Of a stretch of 64,000 nt of DNA, positions 14,339-26,340 are shown one piece after another (position 1 is the stretch's first letter; each line of letters starts with the position of its first letter). The stretch lies in NCBI GenBank assembly GCA_000320545.1, contig ADNK01002143.1:892-64891 (forward strand). Reading direction: 5' to 3'. The notes beneath the pieces are model-generated. The model made no database searches, was not told where the DNA came from, and saw nothing but the letters and a program-made list of their open reading frames with translations. Source of the stretch: Bigelowiella natans CCMP2755. Lineage: Eukaryota > Protista > Cercozoa. The position numbers and the translations under genes were made by a program.

Positions 14339-14928
14339 CAAGAATGACATATATATTACCATTTGCTCATGAGACAACAGCAGCACCCCACAATCAACAA
14401 TATGCAAATATGTACTGATATTTGTGCATGCATTAATTAATTAAGCAGCAGAGAAAGAAAGGACGATCGTTATTCGCAGAATTTGGAGTTTCACCTTATG
14501 GCGGGACTACCACATATGATGCTACCGTAACTTCTAAAACCACCAGCAGCACCAGCAGCAGCCCCAAAGCAGTCGTTCTTGGAGTCGCGGTAGTTGCAAG
14601 TGAACATGTTGAAAGTAAAAGTCATAGTAGGGCATTAGCTAATGGAAATTTAGTAGATAGCAGTGTATCTGGTGATGGTGGGTCGTCGGTTCTCCATTCC
14701 AAGGAAAAACAGCCGCACACAGCAGCAGCAGCAGCAGCAACACAGCAGCAGCAGCAGCAACCTGTCATTCTTGTTAAAGTTATCAGCTCTAACCAACGGA
14801 AAAAAAGGAAGAAGAAGAAGAGGAAAAAGCACAAGTCGAGGAAAGATAATAAAACTGAGGAGCAGGGTGGTGGAGGAGCTCTCGCCCTCCTTAGCGGCTA
14901 TGGCAGTGACGATAGCGAAGAGACATGA
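13095..14928 (+). CDS. CCHC zinc-knuckle RNA-binding protein (6 knuckles; CNBP/GIS2/AIR-like)
   Basis: Six CX2CX4HX4C after splicing: CRRCGEKGHRSFQC, CYRCKRKGHFAWQC, CHRCGEMGHYSRDC, CNHCGKEGHVIKEC, CFGCGQTGHLRSQC, CFRCGGIGHRIEVC. Basic NLS-like tract and C-terminal ALALLSGYGSDDSEET* (TGA 14926-14928). Start may lie further upstream. Confidence 0.88.
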
Positions 14929-15690
14929 TAACCGATATAAGTCATGTAGCGATTGCTGATGAGCTCACAAAGCAACCGATGCAAAGTCGTCTTTTAGATC
15001 AACGAACCTTCGGATCCGTTCTTATTATAGTCTCATTGCAGACTGACTGATATGATGCATGCTTGCAACTCTTCATCATTGCATGTGTACGCGAACAAAG
15101 AATAGAAATGCTACGCTGTCAGGCAAGCTCTCTTAGAAGCTAAGAGTGGTGGTGAGCAAACCTCTCGCACATGCTATAGACACAGTACATGTGTGTGTCA
15201 TGTATATGTCTATTGTGCATATATAGTGGCGGTCTTGGTTGATGCGATCCTGGTACTGTACGCAGCGCATGAGATGTGAATGCAAGCAAGCCTATAGGAG
15301 TGTGCATGCATGCTCTAGCTCGCACAACAATATGATACACAATAACATGATAGATGAGACGGAATGCAATGAAGTAAGTCTTATTATGTAATTTATTCAT
15401 AAAATGATCATATCCTACGTAGCTGGGCAATGCTGCGGCTACGGTGCTTATATGTTGTATCTATTTGTTTCCATCACATTGCATTTCATGCATGTATACT
15501 AGTATGATTAAATATGTGATGATGTATAAGCAGCTTGAATTGCCACGATGGCCGCGTAGTACGACTGATGACCGCATCGACTAGTCATTATTACGCTGCT
15601 GCCATATTGACTGCAGTACGTGTCATGCTACCTTCACCAACAGTGTGGATGTTTCTTACTGCTACATGCATATATGCTACATACACATAA

Positions 15691-15730
<40 letters not shown>

Positions 15731-15847
15731 TACTAGCTAGCTAGGCTCGAGCGTAGCTGTACACTATTGCGGTTCAGGTTAACAAGTAGCAATTTATACA
15801 AGAGCGGTCTCTCATTGTACTCTTTTCATTTGCTATTATCGGCATTA

Positions 15848-16098
15848 TTATTGCTTCTTCCCATTCTTCATCTCACTCCCACCCTCTTTAGTTTTGCCAT
15901 TGCCATTTTTCTTTCCTTCTTCTTTCATGGCCCTAAACAAAAGCATCATCGTTAGTACAGTATTATGCAATGCTAGCCATGGAAAAAGAGAACAATTTTG
16001 TGGAATAAAAAACAAAGTGAGCAAATTTCTCTTCTCCGCTATGTCGTAGCCAATAAGACGGGCGGAAAAATCCGACATATATTCTTCAAGCATATTAC

Positions 16099-16131
<33 letters not shown>

Positions 16132-17255
16132 GCGTTTAGAATGATAGAATCTATGCATGCTTGCTGGGCGAGATAAGGAGAATTTACAACGACTCAATAA
16201 TCATTCTCGAAGTATCATATTTAACACTGAAAATGATTAGAGCGCATCATATATATGGTATTTGTGGAACGATGAGAATGGCTGTTTCATATATAGGGGG
16301 GGGGGTTGTTGCAAACGATGGTTGCACTGCAGGATAGTACTTGGCTAATTCCTTCCAATAATCTAGATTCTTGTCAAGGTTTTTTAAGCAAACCTCCACC
16401 TCTGGGATCACTAATTAATAGTTATTTGATTATATGTGTATACTTCAGTTCACACCGTACAACAACAAGAAGAGGAGTTGTTAAGAAGAACAAAAAAGAA
16501 CACAAACATGATGATTTATGATGGTTGATTGATGATGGGTGATAATATGATAATATGATGATTAATGTACCTTCTTTGAATTGTTCCCATAATGGCTTTA
16601 CGAAACCATCGATAAAGAAAACCTAAGACGTACATTCATGGATAGTGGAATAGTAGTGGTAGTAGTAGTATCTTCTTCCTCTTCTAAGACCCATCTCTCA
16701 GGAGGAAAGAGACTGTGTGAAAAGTGACAGGTATCATAGGAGGAGAAGACGATAACATGCTATTCTTCAAAATGTAACTACAATAACAATAATATCAATT
16801 ATTTAATAATAGTAATAAGTGGTTGGTGTCTACCTGGCCGAGTGGAACGTCTTTAGCTTTACTCCTGTCATTACCTGGTTGTGATGATGATGATGATGAT
16901 GATAATGATGATGATGATGGTGAGAATAGGTGAAGAGTAATCGTGAAACGACTTGCTATCATCATTTAACAAAAGTCTTATAATACACCTATTACTAGTA
17001 CTACAACAAAGAAGTAACTTCAAGGAGTTGTTTTCATCATCATCATCATCATCACCATACTACTATTACTACTACTACTACTACTACTACTACTAACCCA
17101 AGCCAACAGGAAGAGCTTGATCTTTCTCCATATCGCCCTGCTGCCAGAATTCCTACGAGTAGTATGTATGTATGTGTGCATGTATGTATCACGACGACGT
17201 CAATCGAAGACCAACAGCGTCATTAAAGAATAAGGAGAAGAAAAGCTTGGTAAGT

Positions 17256-17292
<37 letters not shown>

Positions 17293-17495
17293 ACCTGCAG
17301 CACTCTATCAGTCCATTTTCGCATGAAGACTTGAGGGCGACAGGGCCCCTGAATATGATGATTAACGATAAGAGTAATAAGAGTAATAAGAATAATAACA
17401 AGAAGAATAGAGACACCCATTCTCATTACGAGGACTAAAATGAAGATTACTACTACTACTGCAGTTGTTGTGTTGGTACTAGAATATTACACACG

Positions 17496-17528
<33 letters not shown>

Positions 17529-17884
17529 CGAAAGATCTGCACAGTGTACGCACAAGTTAAGAAGGGTTTCGACTTCTTTTATCCAAACCTATTTTGGATT
17601 TAATGTACATAATCAATCATGTGGTGTTTCAATCAGTTATATATGTGACGTAGTGATAATAATAATAATAATAATAATAATATTAATAATATTAGGATTA
17701 AGCGTTTGTTGCTGAAGTGAGTGAATCACTGATTCACCTGGGGATCTTTACTATCTAGCCATGAGGCATTGGTACTCTTCTTCCACTTTATCGTATGCTT
17801 TAGGTTACGCACTTGCTCTTGGTGCTTAGCCATGTCAGTGTGTAGTACCTAACATAATTATAATACAACACCTCAATAGTCGTA

Positions 17885-17926
<42 letters not shown>

Positions 17927-19133
17927 ACAAAGCTCATCACGCATCAGCAACCACTTGAAGAAGCAGCAGAAAAAGAAATGAGACGAAATTAGTTTCAAGG
18001 AGGAAAGACAGCACCCACCATCGATATGACGAGTCTTCGGAATGTTCTATAGTCTACGAATAGGGATAGGAGGAGGAGGAGGGCACAACAATAGATACGA
18101 TCATCGTTAACACAACAGAAGAAAAAGAAGAATTGAGAAACTTGTAAGATGATAATGCATGTGGGTATATGTAAGAGAGAGGGGGGGGGGGGGGGGGGGG
18201 GTTGGAGAGACAGAGCCATTTTTAGTAGATTGTTGGTTGTAGTAATAGTACCGAGATGCGACAAGCAATTGAGGAAATCACAGTTCTTCTTCTGTGTAGC
18301 ATAGCATGTAGTAGTAGTTGTGGTAGAAGTAAACACATGGAATCAATAATATAATGCGGATAATAATGCTGATACAATGAGAAGAAACGACGACGTAAGC
18401 AGAAGGAACAAATATCAACCCACTACCACATTACTACTACTACTACTACTACTTGTAAAAGCATGAAGGCCTCAGAGACGTGCATATTTTCTAAAACTGC
18501 AATGTCATTGTATCTGAGGATAGGAGTAGTAGATGATATTAGAAGGAGGACATCAAAACATTGAAGGAAGGATGATCATGCAAGCTTGACGTACATCAAC
18601 GCCAGATCATGTTGGGTCTTCTTGTGGAAATCGTTATTCGTTCCTGCTCGTTATCATTGCATTGAATTTAAATTCGAGTGACCCGCAATACAACAAATGT
18701 ATGATAAAAATGGTTGTTATCAAATGATGCGTCGTCGTGATGTTGATCGCATGCATAGGTACACTCGTACATGCATCGTGGCGATTTAATTAACGAGTAG
18801 ATGTTACCCTCCTCAAGCTACTACTACTGCTGCTGCTACCACTACAACAACAAAACTTCAAAGAATTTGGGGATGGGTGATGCTTTTGTGTGTTCTTTTG
18901 TGCTAGTCCCTCCCCCCTCCCCCCCCTCTCTCCTCTCGAATTTACCCACCTGGATGATTATAATCATGAACAACGGCACCGATGTATGCAGATAAGCGCA
19001 TTAATGGATGCTTCCTGCATAGCTTTGCCATTGTTGAACTAAACATATTTATCAACGACTTATCTTTTTCTTTGCAAAATATTGACAAGCAAACAACACA
19101 CATGACGCACAGCCCTTTCTCTCTCTCTCATGC

Positions 19134-19187
<54 letters not shown>

Positions 19188-20111
19188 TGTGACGTTGTGT
19201 GAGAAAGAATGAATCTCCTATGAATGTCTCGTAACCTACCTTTTTAAAAAGAAATGCGTAGCGTGCAGCACATCGGCTGCATGAATCGCATTATGATAAG
19301 GAACATCGTTGTACCCTGTTTATGATGATGATGATGAAGATGCGTACAAAGAACAAGAAGAAGAACAAGTCGGATGATCATGATCACCGCCATTTTTACA
19401 CGTACACACATAGCTTTTCTTCTTCCTTTTATCATCATCAGCATCACCATGACCATCACCCTTTGCTTCTTCCTCTTCTTCTCCTTCTACTTCTACTTGT
19501 TTGAGTTTGTTCTCCTTTTAGTAAATTGTTCTACTTTCTAACACGTATATATTGCTACCGCAGTGGGCACATCTCCACCAGCATCACCACCACCATCACC
19601 ACTATCAGCAGCACCTTCTTCAACTGCCTTCAGGTAGGTAACAGTCTAAGAAAGGAATAACAATAATGACAACAACTGATGATGATGATGATGATGATCA
19701 ATACATACGATGATAATTACAATAGGTGGAATCATCATAATCATCACATACAATGATAATTACAATAGGTGGTATCATCATAATCATTATCTTTATTATT
19801 ATTATTATTATTATTTATCATCATTATCATCAGTGATTAAATCATAACGATGAACGACTTATTCTACTTATTCTTCGATTAGACAACTACTACTACTATT
19901 AGTAATAGTAGTAGTATTACAACTTAATGAAACAACGAATCAATGTTACAACATGATCATCATCATCGTCATAAGTATCCAACTACAACATAGTTATAAA
20001 TATTAAAGGCCAAAACACACACACACACACACACACACCTGGTGTCTGTTCATACTGAGGCTCTCAAACACATTATATCTGCCAATAATATAACCATTAT
20101 GCACGCGATTT

Positions 20112-20178
<67 letters not shown>

Positions 20179-20564
20179 TATATTCTAGCTACATGAGAAT
20201 ATAGAATATGCTACATTTTCCTCATTCTTCTACTTCCTCCTCCTCCTCCTCCTCCTCCTCGTGCTTATAAGGTATACTAAATGGTATTATATGTGTATAT
20301 ATAATATAAACCTATCAAGAAGATGATAACACAGCAGTGATAGAGCATGGCCATCAGCTTCTTCATTCAATTTCCAAATATCAAATTCATCCCAATGATC
20401 GACCTAATAATAATAACATCACACCATCAACGTCACACGTGATTAATCTGTGTTGAAGAGGGGGAAGGGAAAGGAATTGACCCATCGTCATCATTAGATT
20501 GCTGCTGCTGCTACTCAGAGTGCTGCAAAGAAAGTCTTAATTACCCTTCCATCTTCCAGTCAAA

Positions 20565-20603
<39 letters not shown>

Positions 20604-21775
20604 GAAACACACGGAACCCCATACACACTAATACACACGAATATTATTCACACTCATCATATATATTCTTATGCAACAAGTGATGTATGAGCACCTTTGC
20701 AAGAATCTTCTCTAGCTCTGGTGTTATCATTAATGTAAAACTAAAATTCTCCCCTTTCTTTTGGTACAATCGCTCAATCTGTAAGCACATTTTTAATTAT
20801 TCACTTTATAGCACGATGAAGCTAATTGCTGCTGCTACAGCTATTGTTTATGATGAGCGTTATTCTTGTAGTTCGTCTTCCTTCCATAAGCTATTTTTTA
20901 TTTTCTTCTTCTTTACACGAGGAGGTCCTCCTCTCGCTTCCAAGTAGCAGCAGCAACAACAACAACTAATACTACTACTACTACTACTATCACTTACATT
21001 GCTATTCCGCCGTCTAACTGGCGATCTAGTGCAAGAACATACAAACGTTATAATATTATCATTAATGATAATAATATCAATAATAATAATAATACAAGGT
21101 AGTAGTAGTAGTAGTAGTAGTTGTAGTAATTAGAAGATGAGAACAACAGAAAATAGTCTTAATCAGACAACAATCGAGACAACAAAGCATATCTATGTAG
21201 GGAACGGCATATTCCTATCACATCGTCATGATTAGTTCAATTTTATCACATTTTCCGACAACAATGACAAGAGGATGAGCATATGTATTGTTTATTACTA
21301 ACTGCATACTCATATATATGCCCATACCTTTCCTTTTCTTTAGATGTTTGTACGTTACTTCTGCTTCGATGGTGCTGCGTGTGCACCTTCTTCTTTGTCG
21401 GACTTGGTAAAGGTGATTTTAAGTCCTTCAAACACATTGTGGTCATCAGTATTCATCACCCGATACATCAATCGTCAATATGCTCATTTTCGCCGTTGAA
21501 ATGTCGTTGATATCCATCTACAAGTATGCTAATATATGCAAAATAATACAGATGATGTTGTGCATGATGGGATGTTGAATTGTCGTATGCGTCATTACTA
21601 CTACATTCTCGCTTGTGTATGTATGTACGTATAAATGTATGAATGTATGTATGTACGGAAGTCAGTCAGTACCTCAACGTCCTCCAAGTACTTCTTGAAA
21701 TCCGGTGAACTCTGGACTGTTAGTAGTAGTAGTAGTATTGTCGTCAATTGATAGTATATGTGAACTCTGGACTGT

Positions 21776-21807
<32 letters not shown>

Positions 21808-22939
21808 TTGTCGTCAATTGATAGTAGTAGTACTATATATATCTTGTTATGATGATGACGATATCTGGAAGCTGTTCATTGAGAAGGAGATGGAGGAGGA
21901 CCTGATGCACATCCCATTGCATGTCTTATTGCATCTTGCTCGTCACTGGAAACGCTCTCCAGAATAGTAGCTAGATTATGGGTATTATCATGATGATGAT
22001 AATGATGACGATGATGGAGATCAAATCAATAGAAATACTTATAATGATAGCAAGTAATGATGAAAGCAAATACTCTGCCATACGAATTAGAGAGGTGGGT
22101 TGTAAAGAAAGCTTAAGTATGCTGCATAGTAGTAGTAGTAGTGGTAGTAGTAGTAGTAGTAGAACTCTCATGTCAATAACATATTAGACACGTATGGCAC
22201 GCGTTTGGTACACGCATTGCCGTATATGCTGGCAGCACACTCTGAAATAGAAATTTAATTATACTAAATAATATAATCTTAAGGAAATGTCGGGTTAGTA
22301 AAGTGAATGAACCTCCCTGTAGTGATGATCTCGCGCTTCTACCGAGCGTGTTTCCCATAAGGTCTGTCTGTGCACTTGCTAATAACTTGCGGACCCTAAC
22401 ATCATACAGATGGTGGTAGTACTCTTGGTTTAGCATTTGGTCAACTACTACTATTTATCCACACGTATAATATGCGGTATTATTCACCACCTTGCAACCT
22501 CTTCTCCTTCATCAGTATCTTTCAGCTTATTCTCAAGGTTTATCAAGACCTGGACAATAAAGTTGATGAAATGATCTCTACATATGAATAATTCCATTGG
22601 TTTCTCATATGTAGAGCCACTACCTCTTGTGCTTCTTGTAGACGATTTAATCCCAGTGTGTAAAAGTCAGTTGCAGCGAACAGGTTCTTTATGGATGAAT
22701 TTCCCGATATTGAGGCTAGAGGCAGAACACCTAAAAGGGAGGGGGGTTATTCACACATCCAATATTCAACTAAGAGCATAAAATGATCAGGGTGTCGACA
22801 TACTGGATCGATTCCGCCCCCTCATAATAATGGTTCTCGATGAGGTTGATGATGAAGAGGCGGTGTTCTTGTAGGGGAAAGATGCGCTTTCCTTCGCTAC
22901 TGCTGGATTGCTTTCGTCGCCAACAAGAACTACCTTCAT
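15848..22939 (-). CDS. Class I 3',5'-cyclic nucleotide phosphodiesterase, soluble, about 27 small exons
   Basis: Exons give WDEFDIWKL, GYNDVPYHNAIHAADVLH (19241-19314), AVVHDYNHPG|TNNDF, YNDIAVLENMH, VLHTDMAKH, HCADLS|GPCR..KWTDRVLQ|EFWQQGDMEK and GQ|VFFIDGFVKPLW, i.e. the full PDEase_I motif set. Confidence 0.9.
15930..22200. repeat. Microsatellite-filled introns ((TA)n, (CA)n, (GA)n, (TAG)n, (CAT)n, (TAA)n); same pattern in the Aha1, AP5M1, PPA and KH genes
   Basis: Perfect SSR tracts in most introns, e.g. (TA)n 20129-20174, (CT)n 19139-19181, (GAT)n 17256-17292. Confidence 0.95.
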
Positions 22940-23420
22940 AGTTATGTTACGACATCAAAATCCTCTTGTCGTAAGAATGTTTTCAAGTTTAAATACCTGG
23001 TTGCTGACCTCTACTTGTTTACCTACGTCATGATACAAGTGTTGTCGCAAGCACTAAATCCCTGTGATCTTGCACTTTTGCTTTTTTACAAATCGTGCGC
23101 CCGTTACAACTGGATCTCGCTGATAAGATCTCCAACTCCTCCTCCTCTCCTTCGCAGGCGCTGTCAAGCTGTCAAGTAATCATGTCGCATTAGTTAGATA
23201 AGGTGTTCGCAAACTAGTTGTCGCAGTGAATAAATTGCATTGAATTCCTTGAAATACTTGCAGAATCTATTCTGTCAAACAAACAAACAACAACGTCAAA
23301 GGGTCATCATCAGCCAGGCTCCTCCTTCAAATAAAAAGAGCCATGGGGGGGGGAGGAGGAGGAAACGAGGAACTTGGAGGCTGAGAGCTGCAGAAAGCCA
23401 ATAACAGTAGACCAAGTGAT

Positions 23421-26324
23421 ATGGATGCTTCAAGTGCTATGGAGAGGTATTGATATATAAATAATAATGAAAGCCATAACACATAATCACTTTCATCATC
23501 TCATGGTGATACAAAATCGTATTCAGTGCGGACCGAAAGCAGCAACTTGTGAACGTGGAATTACCAGTGCACACAGGTTCTGGGACAGGTAGTAGGCCCG
23601 GAGTCGAAGGGAAACGTGTGGATGTTGGTGAAATGATCTCATCTAATAAAACGAGAACAGTAGCAAGGACGGATCATGTTCGGCAGACCAATAATAGCAG
23701 CTTAGGAACGGAGAAGAAGCTCAGACACCACGATCATAAGATAATCGAAAAAGTCACAAATCAGATTCCACTACCAACCGAGGCTATGCAAGCCTGGCCT
23801 CCACGATTTCATGACATAGCTGTTGAACGACGCTATCTCTCTTGGCGGCGAAAAACAAACTTCATGGATTTGTGGATCACTTCCCTTGCCATCCTACTCC
23901 TCATTGGTAGCTTTCTAGTGTTTTCGATATCTGAGCAGCTTGAGGAGGACAAGGATGAACAACGGATATATCTTTTCAAAACTGTATTTGCCGTAATCTC
24001 ACTAGTTGTTGCAATCTGCACGTTGCTGCTGGCTCCTTCGAACGCTGACCAAATTTGCTACCTCATAGGTAGGGTATGAGTGTGCGTAATTATCATACTA
24101 CTACTGTCTCACACACTACCCTTCGTTCTCAACCATCCATAGATTGAAAAAAAACACGAGCATCAAAGTAAAGTGTTACAACTACTCATCTATTCATCAT
24201 TCTTGACTCCTAATTTCAATCAATTTAGGACTTGGATGCAGTGGGGGTTTACTAGCTTTTAGTACAGCATTCAAGAACAACAAATTGGACCTATTCCTGG
24301 GAGTGGAAACAATTTTGAGCTTTATGGGTGCTGTAACAGCTTTAGGGACAGTAGTGACCTATGTGTCAGTGTCTATTGCTAACGCAGTGACGGTAGGAGC
24401 CTACTTCATCCTAGCTGTTGTCTTTCTTAAGGGAGGCGAGAATGCCTTGGCAACGATGCATTCACTTGTCACTTTAGTCGTGGTGACCATTGTTTTACAT
24501 ATCATCTCTTACGAGAGCGAAATTGGAAGTCGTCAAACCTTTTACAAACGCCTTTTACTCTGGCAAGCAACACAGAAGCAGAATAAGGACGTTCGCAACC
24601 TGAGACTTGAACGGAAAGAATTAATGATAAATGCTTTCAGTAGCATGCTTAAACGGTTCGACCTGGGAAAGGTGGAGGAGGTGGAGGTGAAACAAAATTA
24701 TGAAAGTGCTGCAGAAGAGCTAATCAAAACACTAAATGAGCTGTGCAGTTTGAAGAAAGAACTCGGTAAGAATCCCATCGCCCTTCGTATTCTGAAAGAC
24801 GTGCGTCGCATCGTGCTAAGATCTGGGGGAGATCTTTACCAGCCGCTACGTGAGGACCTTGATGCGCTACAAGATTCTGAACAATCGGATATGGTGCAGG
24901 TCCTCACCCAGCATAATCGTATGCTACGCGTCGTTTCTAATGTGAACGAAGGAGAGAAGTATAGGATGTTGTCTCCTCGTCGTAACTTCAATAGCATCTC
25001 ATCAGCTATGGGTTCTGCTGAAGACCAGTCTTATCAGCACTTGTACAACCGCATTGATGACTTTGACTTCGATGTGTTTGATGTGATGGGACCTACTAAG
25101 AATAAACCCCTTACATTCGTCGTGTTAGCGTTGTTTGGAAAGCACGAACTCGTTTCAAAGTTCTCGGTAGATCTGAAGAAGCTTAGGTCCTTTTGCAATG
25201 TCATCGAAAAAGGCTACATAAGCTCCAACCCTTATCATAATGAGATCCACGGTGCTGATGTGACGCGGTCATGCCACTATCTTCTCAACGCTGGTGGAGT
25301 ATTTAAAGTTATGACGCCCTTAGAGACCATGGCTGCCATTATTGCGTCCTGTATACATGATTTTCAACATCCAGGGGTCACCAACGACTTCTTGATTCGC
25401 AGTTCGGGTGCCCTTGCCATCACTTACAACGACCAGAGTGTGCTGGAAAACCACCACGTCGCGGCCGCATTTCAGTACCTGACTAAGCCCGAGTATGACT
25501 TTTTGGAACATTTAACGGGAGATGAGTGGAAGGAGTTCAGGAAAATCGTTATAACTATGGTACTAGCCACCGACCTTTCACGCCATAAGGAGAATCTTGA
25601 TAAGCTCAAGCTACGAGCTACTCATATTAATAACATGTTATGGCCTCGTACCCAAGCAATTCAATCCTCCCTTGGAGGATACTATAACCCTAAGCAGCAG
25701 CAGCAGCAGCACCTGCGCTCCTTGTCCGTTGCATCTGGGAGTTCAGTAAACACAGCTATAGAAACCGATGAAAAGGAGGATGCAGCCGATAGGCTTATGC
25801 TTATGAAAATGGCACTAAAAGCATCGGATTTGGGACACTCGATGAAGCCCTTGCGCCAGCATATCAAGTGGTCGGAGCGGATAAAGGATGAATTCTTCCT
25901 GGAAGGAGATCAAGCGAAGAAACTAGGAATGCAGGTGAAACCGCTCTTTGATCGAAACAAAAATCGAAATATGGGTAAGTCGCAAGCGGGTTTCATCAGA
26001 TTCCTGGTAAAACCGCTCTTTCAGGGCCTTATTCCCCTTCTACGGCTAGAAGATCCTATCCTAAAACAAATCGAGTCAAATCTTACTCACTGGAATAAGT
26101 CTGACCAAGCATTCAAAACTTTGGAGTCCAAGAAAGAGGCAGTAGGATCACAAAGGAGGTTAGAAGATGGGGAAACAACGAGCGAGACCAAGGATACAAA
26201 ACAGTCGCCCGTTAATGTGGGGAGGAGAGGCACCGGTAATCTTACAATAAAGCTCGAGATTCCTGAGGAGCAACATGGTGATGATCTCGCCGAGAAAAAT
26301 TTGAAAACAATCAACAGCATTTGA
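23421..26324 (+). CDS. Membrane-anchored class I cyclic nucleotide phosphodiesterase (about 6 N-terminal TM helices), 2 introns
   Basis: 679-aa ORF with YHNEIHGADV, IHDFQHPGVTNDF, YNDQSVLENHH, LATDLSRH, ASDLGH, EFFLEGD, SQAGFI. Upstream exons 23421-23446 and 23527-24068 splice in frame and add hydrophobic helices. Confidence 0.93.
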
Positions 26325-26340
26325 TGCTAACTACACTACT

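Noticed and set aside
17721-17737. Small hairpin GTGAATCA-C-TGATTCAC at a PDE 5' splice site
   Set aside because: An 8-bp stem is expected by chance in 64 kb, and it is not seen at other introns.
23343-23384. ATG at 23343 as the start of the membrane PDE
   Set aside because: It hits TGA after 13 codons; ATG 23421 splices in frame instead. A G-run length error cannot be excluded.
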